This document shows, one piece after another, positions 19,354 to 29,029 of a DNA stretch of 64,000 nucleotides (the first letter of the stretch is position 1; every line of letters begins with the position of its first letter). A model generated the notes under the pieces. The model worked only from the letters and a program-made list of their open reading frames with translations. It ran no database searches and was not told the origin of the DNA. The DNA comes from Candidatus Poribacteria bacterium (GTDB lineage Bacteria; Poribacteria; WGA-4E; WGA-3G). The translations under genes and the position numbers were made by a program. The stretch is taken from contig CBDANF010000002.1 of assembly GCA_965197475.1 (NCBI GenBank), forward strand, positions 672,001 to 736,000. The letters run 5' to 3'.

Positions 19354-19547
19354 ACGTGAGTTTGATAATAATATTGGATGGACGCAGTCCGATCAAAAGT
19401 CCCCCTGATAAGGGGGATTTAGGGGGTTAAAAGTGCCTCAAAAATTGCTTTTCGCGCCCAAAAATACCCTTTTTTGCCAAATTTGCGTCCGTCTTGAATA
19501 TTATTAAAGTCCATTTGACTCAATGAATTCTTTTATCAAGCTCACGT
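19354..19547. mobile_element. MITE-like element with nested inverted repeats and an SDR-like palindrome core
   Basis: ACGTGAGTTTGATAA at the left and TTATCAAGCTCACGT at the right, flanked by duplicated TAAAATA. Inner inverted repeat AATAATATT..GA(T/C)GGACGCA. Core CCCCCTGATAAGGGGGATTTAGGGGG at 19401-19426. Confidence 0.65.
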
Positions 19548-19608
19548 TAAAATAGTATGACTAACATTCTAAGGACATTGCAAAAGAAAATAACGCTAAT
19601 TTCCTTTT

Positions 19609-20265
19609 ATGAACATTCAGAGAATTAGGAAAGTGACACAGTTAATTCACCGTATTACACAAAAAGACGTTAATTTTCCGGTATCAATAAATGCATTTTT
19701 AAAAACAGATACACCTGAAGTGATATGGGCGCGTGGGAATTTAGACCTATTATCTAATAAAAGCGATGCCTCAAAAGAGGACTTATGGGCACTATTCTGT
19801 TCCAGTAAATGTCCTGCCGAGATTATCTTGAAAACACACGATTTAGTTCAGGAATTCAAGGCAGAAGGTGTCTCAACAATCGGTGGATTTCATTCACCTG
19901 TTGAACAAGAGTGCTTACGCGTCTTATTGCGTGGCTCACAACCGATCTTATTATGTCCCGCACGAAGTATTGAAAACATGCAATTGAAGTCGGGGTGGCG
20001 AAAGGCTTATTTTGATAGAAGGCTCCTGATCTTATCTATATTTTGTGAAAAAAGAATTTCCGCAGAACGAGCGTACAAACGTAACCACTTCGTTGCAGCA
20101 CTCGCAAGTAAGGTATTAATTGCACATGCCGCTGAAGACAGTAAAACTTTGGAATTTACACAAACAATATTGAAATGGGGAAAACCTGTTTTCACTTTTA
20201 ATTCATCATCAAATAAAGCACTTATTCAACTCGGGGTAAAACCTTATTCAAGGGATTTACCCTAA
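19609..20265 (+). CDS. DprA/SLOG-fold (Rossmann) protein
   Basis: IWARGNLDLL, ALFCSSKCP, IGGFHSPVEQECL, LCPARS and RNHFVAALASKVLIAHA resemble the DprA/Smf core. Confidence 0.7.
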   Translation: MNIQRIRKVTQLIHRITQKDVNFPVSINAFLKTDTPEVIWARGNLDLLSNKSDASKEDLWALFCSSKCPAEIILKTHDLVQEFKAEGVSTIGGFHSPVEQECLRVLLRGSQPILLCPARSIENMQLKSGWRKAYFDRRLLILSIFCEKRISAERAYKRNHFVAALASKVLIAHAAEDSKTLEFTQTILKWGKPVFTFNSSSNKALIQLGVKPYSRDLP

Positions 20266-20299
20266 ACTATTGACCAACTACTAAAAAGGAATACTTTAT

Positions 20300-23200
20300 A
20301 TGCCACGAATCTTTGATAACATAGACCAACCGCTCCTCCAAGCACTGCAGCAAACCCTCGAATCCTCTACCCATGCAGACTTCTGTGTCGGATATTTTAA
20401 CCTCAGAGGATGGAGAAGACTCGCAAATTACATTGAAAATTGGCAAGGTGGCGATGGCGAATGCTGCCGTCTACTCGTAGGAATGCAGCGACTCCCCGAT
20501 GAAGAACTACGTCACACCATGCGTATTTTTAAAGATACAGACAGAATTGATAACCAGACAGCCAACCGTTTAAAACGAAAGTTAGCAGAAGAATTTCGCG
20601 AGCAATTAACTGTTGGCATACCTACCCGTGATGACGAAATCGGTCTAAGACAGTTAGCACGCCAACTTCGGCACGGAAAGGTAAAGGTAAAATTATATCT
20701 TCAACATCCCCTTCATGCCAAACTTTATCTACTTTACCGCCAAGACCTCGCCGCACCGATTGTCGGTTACCTCGGCAGCAGCAACCTCACCCTTGCCGGA
20801 CTTTCACAGCAAGGCGAACTCAACGTTGATGTGCTCGATTCAGACGCATGCCAAAAGTTAGAGGTGTGGTTTGAAGACAGGTGGAGCGACAAGCGGTGCA
20901 TTGATATATCTAAGGAATTAGTCGAAATTATTGACGAGAGTTGGGCGCGTGAAGAACTCATTCCACCATATCACATCTACATTAAAATGGCGTATCACCT
21001 ATCCCAGGAAGCAAGGGCGGGGTTGAACGAATTTCGGATTCCACGCGAATTTGAAGATACGCTCTTTGATTTTCAAACTGCTGCTGTTAAAATCGCAGCA
21101 CATCATCTTAACAGACGCGGCGGTGTTCTTATCGGAGACGTTGTGGGTCTCGGCAAAACGCTGATGGGAACAGCACTTGCACGCATACAGGAAGACGATT
21201 ACGACCTTGAAACACTTATTATTTGTCCGAAGAATCTCGTCAGCATGTGGGAATTTTACCGTGACGAATACCGCTTGCGCGCAAGGGTGCTTTCAATAAG
21301 TCGAGTTCAGAACGTGTTGCCGACGCTTCGACGTTATCGACTCGTGATGATTGATGAAAGCCACAACCTCAGAAACCGTGAAGGCAAACGTTACCGCGCG
21401 ATTCAAGAATATATCCATGAAAATGAGAGCAAGGTTATCTTACTCTCTGCAACCCCTTACAACAAAACCTTCCTTGATCTCTCAAACCAACTTCGCCTCT
21501 TTGTTGATGAAACCGAAGGTATTGGAATCCGACCAGAACAATACATCAAAGCGTTAGGCGGCGAAATCGGTTTTAATCGCGAACACCAAAGTGGTATTCG
21601 CACCCTTGCTGCGTTTGAACATAGTGAATTCATTGACGATTGGCGTGAATTGATGCGGCGTTATCTTGTCCGCAGAACCCGTAGTTTTATCATGCAAAAC
21701 TATGCTGAAGTAGACCCCGACACGGAACGAAAATTCCTTTCTTTTGCCGATGGAACGCGGTCCTACTTCCCAACACGTGTACCAAAAACAGTTAAGTTTA
21801 CAATTGATGACCAAGACCCTGATGACACCTATGCACAGTTATACTCTTCTTACGTCGTTAACATAATAAGCAAACTCAAACTGGCTCGATACGGGCTTGC
21901 AAACTATATTGACATATCGGATTCTGAACCACTGACAGAAGCTGAAGAGGAACAATTGCAAGACCTTTCACGTGGTGGACAACGGTTGATGGGCTTCTGT
22001 CGCACAAACCTTTTCAAACGACTTGAAAGTAGTGGTAAAGCATTCCTACAATCTGTTGATCGGCATATCCTACGAAACTATATCTTTCTCCATGCAATAG
22101 AGAACAACGAATCATTCCCGATCGGTGGTCTTGATGCTTCAATGCTTGATTCCCGTTTCAGTGATAAAGACTCCGATGATGTTAACCTAATTTCAGGTAT
22201 CTCAGATGATGAAGATGATGAGTTGATTGATACGAGCGATTCTCAATCCAACTTGTACACTACTGAAAACTATAGACAACGCGCTGCCCGTATTTATCAA
22301 CTTTACTTGACCCAGTATAAAACTCGGTTTAAGTGGATTCGTTCAGATCTATTTCTGCCGATACTTAAGGATGAGCTCACCAAAGATGCAAACGCACTGA
22401 TTCAAATCTTGCAACAATATGGCGAATGGGATGTTAAAAAAGATGCAAAACTCAACGCACTTGAGGAACTATTAACACAAATACATCCAGACACAAAAGT
22501 CTTGGTTTTCACGCAATTTGCAGATACTGTAAAATATTTGACAGGCGAACTTAAAGTACGAGGTATCACGCAAATAGAAAAAGCAACCGGTGATTCAGCA
22601 AATCCAACCGAATTGGCATGCCGATTCAGTCCTATCAGCAATAATAGAGAAGGTATCCCCACAGAAGATATATTGCGCGTTCTCATCAGCACAGATGTAC
22701 TAAGTGAAGGGCAGAATTTACAGGACTGTGCAATTGTCGTAAACTATGATCTGCCGTGGGCAATTATACGGTTAGTCCAACGTGCTGGTCGCGTTGACCG
22801 TATTGGTCAAACGGCGGAAGAAATATTGTGCTACTCATTTTTACCAGCGGAAGGTGTTGAACGTATTATCAATCTACGCGGACGCGTCCGAGCACGTCTG
22901 CAACAGAACGCTGAAGTGGTAGGCACAGATGAGGCATTTTTTGAGGATGACGGTGAAGATGGTAACACAGCAATCATTAACCTTTATAATGAGGAGGCAG
23001 GTTTGCTTGACGATGATATGGATAACGACGTTGATCTCGCCTCTCACGCCTATCAGATTTGGAAAAATGCTATTACCGAAGACCCTGACTTAGAAAAAAT
23101 TATTACAAAACTCCCCTCTGTTGTCTATTCAACTAAATCACATACGCCTACTGATACGCAACCGATAGGTGCACTGGTGTATATTCGAACTGGAGAAGAT

Positions 23201-23686
23201 AATGATGCGCTTGCATGGATTGATAAAAACGGAGAAAGTGTGACAGAATCACAGTTCACCATTCTACAAGCTGCAGCGTGCGAACCGGAGACAGAAGCAC
23301 TTCAACCCCTTGAGAAACACCACGACCTCGTGCAAGAAGCCGCGAAACTCATCGTATCTGAGGAGCGATCAGTTGGTGGGCAACTCGGCAGACCGTCGGG
23401 AGCGCGGTTTCGCACTTATGAAAGGTTGAAGGATTACGCCTCAGAGGTTGAAGGCACGCTATTTGATACGCCAGAACTCAAACAGGTTATAGAAAATGTC
23501 TATCGTTACCCCTTACGTCCAGTAGCAACCGATACCCTCAACCGTCAACTCCGCATCGGTATTACTAACGAGAACCTTGTTAAGTTAGTGATTGATTTAT
23601 GGAATGATGGTCGACTTTGTATTGTTGAAGAAAAACGCGAAATGCGAGAACCCAAGATCGTCTGTTCATTAGGGCTTTCTTCCTAA
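20300..23686 (+). CDS. PLD-nuclease + SNF2-family helicase (defence-associated)
   Basis: PLD-like motifs VGYF, HAKLYL and GSSNLT...GELN. Helicase motifs DVVGLGKT, IDESHN, LSATP, VFTQFADT, SEGQNLQ, QRAGRVDRIG. Confidence 0.9.
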   Translation: MPRIFDNIDQPLLQALQQTLESSTHADFCVGYFNLRGWRRLANYIENWQGGDGECCRLLVGMQRLPDEELRHTMRIFKDTDRIDNQTANRLKRKLAEEFREQLTVGIPTRDDEIGLRQLARQLRHGKVKVKLYLQHPLHAKLYLLYRQDLAAPIVGYLGSSNLTLAGLSQQGELNVDVLDSDACQKLEVWFEDRWSDKRCIDISKELVEIIDESWAREELIPPYHIYIKMAYHLSQEARAGLNEFRIPREFEDTLFDFQTAAVKIAAHHLNRRGGVLIGDVVGLGKTLMGTALARIQEDDYDLETLIICPKNLVSMWEFYRDEYRLRARVLSISRVQNVLPTLRRYRLVMIDESHNLRNREGKRYRAIQEYIHENESKVILLSATPYNKTFLDLSNQLRLFVDETEGIGIRPEQYIKALGGEIGFNREHQSGIRTLAAFEHSEFIDDWRELMRRYLVRRTRSFIMQNYAEVDPDTERKFLSFADGTRSYFPTRVPKTVKFTIDDQDPDDTYAQLYSSYVVNIISKLKLARYGLANYIDISDSEPLTEAEEEQLQDLSRGGQRLMGFCRTNLFKRLESSGKAFLQSVDRHILRNYIFLHAIENNESFPIGGLDASMLDSRFSDKDSDDVNLISGISDDEDDELIDTSDSQSNLYTTENYRQRAARIYQLYLTQYKTRFKWIRSDLFLPILKDELTKDANALIQILQQYGEWDVKKDAKLNALEELLTQIHPDTKVLVFTQFADTVKYLTGELKVRGITQIEKATGDSANPTELACRFSPISNNREGIPTEDILRVLISTDVLSEGQNLQDCAIVVNYDLPWAIIRLVQRAGRVDRIGQTAEEILCYSFLPAEGVERIINLRGRVRARLQQNAEVVGTDEAFFEDDGEDGNTAIINLYNEEAGLLDDDMDNDVDLASHAYQIWKNAITEDPDLEKIITKLPSVVYSTKSHTPTDTQPIGALVYIRTGEDNDALAWIDKNGESVTESQFTILQAAACEPETEALQPLEKHHDLVQEAAKLIVSEERSVGGQLGRPSGARFRTYERLKDYASEVEGTLFDTPELKQVIENVYRYPLRPVATDTLNRQLRIGITNENLVKLVIDLWNDGRLCIVEEKREMREPKIVCSLGLSS

Positions 23687-23699
23687 TAAGGGTGTCTCA

Positions 23700-24092
23700 T
23701 TACAACACATCGGCCGGTTCCCGTCTTCCCCTATCTGTTTGATCAAAATCTGTATCAAAACTGATAAGTTGCAGATCATATTTCTTGGCGACAGCATATT
23801 GGTATGCATCATCAAAGTCAAGACTGAATTGCTGAGCGGGTTGTCCTAACGTCTTGTGCTCTTCTGGAGACAGTGAGAGGACACCGACACCGTTAATTAC
23901 TATATCTTCTAAAAATGAGACGAAAAGCGGAAAATTTTTCAACCGGAACAGAATAATACCGATGGAATGAAGAGACAAATCCGTTATAAAGATTGTCCTC
24001 AAATCAATGGATTGTAAGAATAATCGAACTTCGTTTGTCCTATTTTGCCCTAACAGAGATTCCAGGAAGATGTTGGTGTCTACAAAATACAC
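23700..24092 (-). CDS. PIN-domain (VapC-like) toxin
   Basis: FVDTNIFLE, LDFDDAYQY, ISFDTDFD. Confidence 0.88.
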   Translation of the reverse strand: MYFVDTNIFLESLLGQNRTNEVRLFLQSIDLRTIFITDLSLHSIGIILFRLKNFPLFVSFLEDIVINGVGVLSLSPEEHKTLGQPAQQFSLDFDDAYQYAVAKKYDLQLISFDTDFDQTDRGRREPADVL

Positions 24093-24326
24093 TTAATCTC
24101 TCCAATCCGACGCCTTTTTCTGAAGTTCAAGTGCTGTGTACTGCCCTTGATATTCTATTAAGCCACCAATCCACTCCAATTTCGGTTTCTTTTTTTCTTC
24201 TGAAACCTTTTTTGTTAACAAGGAATCAATAAAATTTAGCACTTCTTCGTAGTCCTTTGGTGAAAGATGCTTAAGTTTCTCAATAATGGTAGTTTGCATG
24301 GTCATTTCCTCGTTAGGTTTTTGCAA
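24093..24326 (-). CDS. DUF2281-like antitoxin
   Basis: Small ORF directly upstream of the PIN gene. EVLNFIDSLL...LEWIGGL...TALELQKKASDWR. The start may be a downstream Met. Confidence 0.75.
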   Translation of the reverse strand: MQKPNEEMTMQTTIIEKLKHLSPKDYEEVLNFIDSLLTKKVSEEKKKPKLEWIGGLIEYQGQYTALELQKKASDWRD

Positions 24327-24479
24327 TTGATAAAAAAAGCATGCTTAAAAGTATACCACACAACATACGGAAATAAAAGAAAAATTACTATATCAAATAA
24401 CGAGTAGTTAAACCTTGAATTCCATGTCTAAGTCATGTATAATTGGCATTAACATAATCCCTACTGCCAGAGGTATCAG

Positions 24480-24812
24480 ATGAAAAAACCTAAACTTGTC
24501 GTTGGACATCTCATGAACGACGAATTACTCGTCAAATCTGTTACGACCTCAAAGTCCTTTGATTGGCTCAAATGGTTAGAGGCAGAAGAGCTGGTTGAGT
24601 TTTTCGCGGAATTGCTCAAGATGGTAACACAAATCTCAGAAGGCAAAAAAGATGCTAAAACACTTTCTATTTTTCTCTCCGAATGGCGTGAAACGGCATT
24701 GATTAATTCAGAGCCAGATGTCTTGGCAGATATGGCTGAGGCTGAACAGGAATTGGATGCTGGCGGCGGAATACCCTGGTCACAGATCAAGAAGGAATTG
24801 GATGCTGTCTGA
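24480..24812 (+). CDS. small acidic protein, antitoxin-like (orphan)
   Basis: EWRETA...LADMAEAEQELDAGGGIPWSQIKKEL resembles the C-terminus of RelB/Phd-type antitoxins. Confidence 0.55.
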   Translation: MKKPKLVVGHLMNDELLVKSVTTSKSFDWLKWLEAEELVEFFAELLKMVTQISEGKKDAKTLSIFLSEWRETALINSEPDVLADMAEAEQELDAGGGIPWSQIKKELDAV

Positions 24813-24862
24813 ATCGCGGATTATCGCGGATTATCGCGGATGACGCGGATTTCGCGGATTAT
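24813..24862 (+). repeat. short tandem repeat (TCGCGGATT-based, 9-10 bp units, 5 copies)
   Basis: ATCGCGGATT ATCGCGGATT ATCGCGGAT GACGCGGATT TCGCGGATT. Confidence 0.85.
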
Positions 24863-24917
24863 GTTGGATTTCGTACCCTCAAACCAAATACAATACTACT
24901 GACGCAGGAAACCCTTT

Positions 24918-27900
24918 ATGCAAATTGACTTTGAACAAACGCGCGAATACCTCAAAGAATTCAAATTTGAAGACCTTTTTATTGAGGAACTCGGTTGGGA
25001 TAACCCTCCTGAAACGTTGAACGTTACTATAGACGAAACCGAATATGTTCTTACTGCAATTGCCCACAAACGCGGCATGGTTGTCTACGAATGTCCACAA
25101 ACTACATCTCAGGAAAACATTCCAGTCTACGCTACCCGCCGCAAGATTCAAAAGCAAGTCGCCAAATCCACCCACGAGAACTTTATCATCTACACCAACG
25201 CAGAGAAAACCACACAAATTTGGCAGTGGGTTAAAAGAGAACAGGGAAAACCTGATGCATGCCGTGAACACCGTTACGAAATCTGGCAGTCAGGTGATTC
25301 TCTGATTCAGAAGTTGCAAAACATTGCCTTTAGTTTTGAAGAGGAAGAGGAAATTTCTCTCTTTAGCGTGATTGAACGCGTCGGAACAGCCTTTTACGCT
25401 GAACGGGTCACCAAAAAGTTTTATGACCGTTTCAAGAAGGAGCATGACGCATTCCTCGAATTTCTCAATGGGATTCCAGATGAAGAGATGCAAAAATGGT
25501 ATGTTTCTGTGATGCTCAACCGCCTCATGTTTATCTACTTTATCCAAAAGAAAGGTTTTCTGAATAGTGATATAAACTATCTGCAAACGAAGCTAAGAGA
25601 AACACAACAGAACGGTACGGATCTATACTACAAAGAATTCCTGTGCCCGCTATTCTTTGAAGGGTTTGCGAAGCCTGAAAACGAAAGAGATAGGGATATT
25701 TCAGACCAACTCGGTACGATCCCTTATCTCAACGGCGGTATCTTCCAAAAACATCAACTTGAGACGCTTCACGGTGAAAACATTGAGATTCCCGACACAG
25801 CATTTAAGAAACTGTTTAGTTTCTTTGAGCAATACCAGTGGCACCTTGATGATCGTCAACTGCGGAACGATAACGAAATCAACCCTGATGTGCTCGGATA
25901 CATCTTTGAAAAATACATCAACCAGAAACAGATGGGCGCATACTATACCAAAGAGGACATCACGGAGTACATCAGCAAAAACACCATCATTCCGTTTTTA
26001 TTTGACGCTGCGAAGAAATCATGTAAAATTGCATTTGAAGGTGATGCATCTGTCTGGAAACTACTACAAGAAGACCCAGACAGGTATATCTATGATGCAG
26101 TCAAAAAAGGTGTTAAATTAGATTTGCCAGAGGATATTACTGCTGGAATTGACGATGTCTCCAAGCGGACCGAATGGAACGAACGCGCCCCCGAAGGAGT
26201 TGATGAAATCGCCCTACCGACAGAAATCTGGCGGGAGGTTGTTGCACGCAGACAACGGCATGAACAAATCCGATCCAAACTCGCAAACGGTAAGATAGAC
26301 AACATCAACGATCTGATTACTTATAACCTCAATATCCGTCAATTCGCACAGGATGTCATCGAAAATTGTGAGGGACCTGAACTGCTCCGCGCTTTCTGGA
26401 AAGCCATCACTGAAGTAACAGTCCTTGACCCGACCTGCGGCTCCGGGGCGTTCTTATTTGCCGCACTGAACATCCTTGAACCACTCTATGAGGCATGCCT
26501 TGATCGGATGCAAGTTTTCCTTGACGAACTCATAACGGTTTCCCCTCTGACAAGGGGGGCAGGGGGGTTAGAGAATATTCCTAAAAAACCGCACGCCCTG
26601 AAATACAAAGACTTCCGCCAAACCCTTGACCGCATTGCGGAACACCCTAACCGCGATTATTTTGTCCTCAAATCTATTATCATCAACAATCTTTACGGTG
26701 TAGACATTATGGAGGAGGCAATTGAGATTTGCAAGCTGCGCCTTTTCCTCAAAATGGTGGCACAGATTGAGGATGTCCAACAGATTGAACCGTTGCCGGA
26801 TATTGACTTTAACATTCAGGCAGGCAATACCCTTGTCGGCTTTGCAACTGATGACGAGATAGAGTCTGCATTTTCCGGTAGGCTTGATTTTGAAAATGCA
26901 ATGGAGCGTATTATAGAAAAAGCTGAGGATATTAAGGAGCGATTCACTCTATTTCGCCAACAGCAAACGGAATTAGGCGGTACAGTAACACAAGCTGACA
27001 AACAGGTGTTACAGAGTGAAATTGGGACATTGGGAGACGAACTCAATGAATACCTTGCTGACATATATGATGTTGATATGAACGAACTGTCTGATTACGA
27101 AGAGTGGCTAAATTCACACAAACCTTTCCACTGGTTTATTGCGTTTTACGGTATTCTTCAAGATGGCGGGTTTGATGTGATTATTGGTAATCCACCGTAT
27201 CTTGAATTAAGAGAGGTAGACTACAGGCCACCTACAAGCCTAATTAGTTATGAAACTAAGACGATCCACGCAATGTGTATGGATCGTAGTTTACAGCTTT
27301 TAATTCAACACGGCTGCATGAGCATGATTGTACCTTCAGCTTTAGTTTCTACACAGCGAATGCGAATTGTCCAAAGTCTTTTGGAAAAAAGTCGTAATGT
27401 TTGGTACGCCAACTATTCATGGCGTCCGGGTAAACTGTTTGATACAGTAAATCGTGCCCTGACTATTTTTGTTGTTGCTCCTTCTAATCAGGGACAGACT
27501 TTTTCTACGAACTATCAGAAATGGACTTCCGAAAATAGGGATTTACTGATGCGGGGTGTTGATTATGCTGAAATTCCGCGTAATAGAACAGCTTTTTGGG
27601 CACCGAAGTTGGGAACGGAAATTGAAAACGTTTTACTCGAAAAATTTATGAGGGTAAAAGCTGTCTTAAAGTTGTTCATGGCAAAAAGTGGAAATCGAGT
27701 TTACTACCGTAATTCAGGCGGATTATATTGGAAGGTATTTACAGACTTTCCTCCTGCGTTCAAAGTCAACGGAGAAACTGGACACTCTACACGTGAGACC
27801 TCTTTCTCATTAGCACAAAGAGGAATGACAAAATCATCTATTGCTATCCTAAGCAGCAACGTTTTTTGGTGGTGGTATACAGTTACTTCGGATTGTCGTT

Positions 27901-28196
27901 CACTCAACCCATCTGATGTCCAAAATTTTCCTGTTTATGAATCTGCACTCAATGATCCGCAACTCATTGAACTCGGAGAGATGTATTTAGAAGATCTACA
28001 ACGTAATAGTATTATGCAGGTTCGCGTTCAAAAACAGACTGGACGCACTGAAACGCAATCGTTCAAAATTCAGAAATCCAAGCACATCATAAATGAAATT
28101 GACCGTGTGCTTGCCGAACACTACGGCTTTACCGACGAGGAATTAGACTTTATCATTAACTACGACATCAAGTATCGTATGGGTTTAGGGAATTGA
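24918..28196 (+). CDS. large N6-adenine DNA methyltransferase (Eco57I/type IIG-like)
   Basis: IPYLNGGIF, LGYIFEKYIN, GAYYT, motif I VLDPTCGSGAFL, LYGVDI, motif IV IIGNPPY, and a C-terminal target-recognition region. Confidence 0.9.
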   Translation: MQIDFEQTREYLKEFKFEDLFIEELGWDNPPETLNVTIDETEYVLTAIAHKRGMVVYECPQTTSQENIPVYATRRKIQKQVAKSTHENFIIYTNAEKTTQIWQWVKREQGKPDACREHRYEIWQSGDSLIQKLQNIAFSFEEEEEISLFSVIERVGTAFYAERVTKKFYDRFKKEHDAFLEFLNGIPDEEMQKWYVSVMLNRLMFIYFIQKKGFLNSDINYLQTKLRETQQNGTDLYYKEFLCPLFFEGFAKPENERDRDISDQLGTIPYLNGGIFQKHQLETLHGENIEIPDTAFKKLFSFFEQYQWHLDDRQLRNDNEINPDVLGYIFEKYINQKQMGAYYTKEDITEYISKNTIIPFLFDAAKKSCKIAFEGDASVWKLLQEDPDRYIYDAVKKGVKLDLPEDITAGIDDVSKRTEWNERAPEGVDEIALPTEIWREVVARRQRHEQIRSKLANGKIDNINDLITYNLNIRQFAQDVIENCEGPELLRAFWKAITEVTVLDPTCGSGAFLFAALNILEPLYEACLDRMQVFLDELITVSPLTRGAGGLENIPKKPHALKYKDFRQTLDRIAEHPNRDYFVLKSIIINNLYGVDIMEEAIEICKLRLFLKMVAQIEDVQQIEPLPDIDFNIQAGNTLVGFATDDEIESAFSGRLDFENAMERIIEKAEDIKERFTLFRQQQTELGGTVTQADKQVLQSEIGTLGDELNEYLADIYDVDMNELSDYEEWLNSHKPFHWFIAFYGILQDGGFDVIIGNPPYLELREVDYRPPTSLISYETKTIHAMCMDRSLQLLIQHGCMSMIVPSALVSTQRMRIVQSLLEKSRNVWYANYSWRPGKLFDTVNRALTIFVVAPSNQGQTFSTNYQKWTSENRDLLMRGVDYAEIPRNRTAFWAPKLGTEIENVLLEKFMRVKAVLKLFMAKSGNRVYYRNSGGLYWKVFTDFPPAFKVNGETGHSTRETSFSLAQRGMTKSSIAILSSNVFWWWYTVTSDCRSLNPSDVQNFPVYESALNDPQLIELGEMYLEDLQRNSIMQVRVQKQTGRTETQSFKIQKSKHIINEIDRVLAEHYGFTDEELDFIINYDIKYRMGLGN
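26541..26570. repeat. SDR/REP-like palindrome inserted in frame in the methyltransferase (SPLTRGAGGL)
   Basis: TCCCCTCTGACAAGGGGGGCAGGGGGGTTA matches the intergenic TCCCCCTGATAAGGGGGATTTAGGGGGTTA at 19400-19429. Confidence 0.7.
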
Positions 28197-28627
28197 CTAA
28201 AGAACAAATTATCTTAGAGGCATATAAAGATTTAAGTGCTTGGAATCAACAAGATGCCCAAACTGTCGGGGCTTTTGATAAAATTTTCTTGCCAGTTGTA
28301 ATTGGGGGATTCGTTGCAGCACTTGCCACAAACAATCATCATTATGCCTTTTTCGGAAAGTTGTTATTATGGGCACTCTGGCTACTTCTATCTGACCGAT
28401 ATAAGAAAAGGATTGAAAAAAGATTTTGCATAATGAAAAATATAGAGCGTAATTTAGATTTTGAAGCATATTCACTTATATCCGAAGAAGATATGACAAT
28501 ATCGCCAAATATGAAGGCAAGATGGATTTTCTGCATAGTGACTGTTTTTTTCAGTTTCCTTGGGATGGCACATAAATCCGAGTGGTTATCTTTACTGTGG
28601 CAGCTGCTTGAAGGGGCAGCTGCTTGA
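28193..28627 (+). CDS. small AT-rich membrane protein of unknown function
   Basis: Overlaps the MTase stop codon (TTGA), has about 3 hydrophobic segments and is lower in GC than its neighbours. Confidence 0.55.
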   Translation: MTKEQIILEAYKDLSAWNQQDAQTVGAFDKIFLPVVIGGFVAALATNNHHYAFFGKLLLWALWLLLSDRYKKRIEKRFCIMKNIERNLDFEAYSLISEEDMTISPNMKARWIFCIVTVFFSFLGMAHKSEWLSLLWQLLEGAAA

Positions 28628-28794
28628 GCGTTGATAGAAGATTTTTAATTTCAACTCTTGGAAATTATATGGATTTTGGGAATTGAGGCATCAAGTAAAT
28701 AGGTTATATCAACCCTTGCTTCAGAACTTTAAATCGTTTGCACGCAACGCCAATTTCTGTTAAAATTGTATACAAAGGAGTATCCAAACATCTC

Positions 28795-28998
28795 ATGAAA
28801 ACACCACAACGCACAAACACAACCAGCGAAAAACAGGAGCAACGTCTTGTCTTTCTTTTGTATGACGAAGAAGATCTACTTGATTGGGACACTGCTATAA
28901 CCACGCCACCGCCGCGTCAATCGGGAACAATCCGGGTTAAGCTGGTATACAAAGGACGTAGCAAACCGTTTCCTGTTGAAAATTTTTGGGAAGAATAG
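28795..28998 (+). CDS. small hypothetical protein
   Basis: AAGGAG RBS before ATG 28795, within ORF 28738-28998. Confidence 0.5.
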   Translation: MKTPQRTNTTSEKQEQRLVFLLYDEEDLLDWDTAITTPPPRQSGTIRVKLVYKGRSKPFPVENFWEE

Positions 28999-29029
28999 GT
29001 AAACAAGTAAATGTTGGAAGGAGACGCAA

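Noticed and set aside
24813-24862. Possible CRISPR array
   Set aside because: The units are 9-10 bp with no unique spacers, and there are no cas genes in the window.
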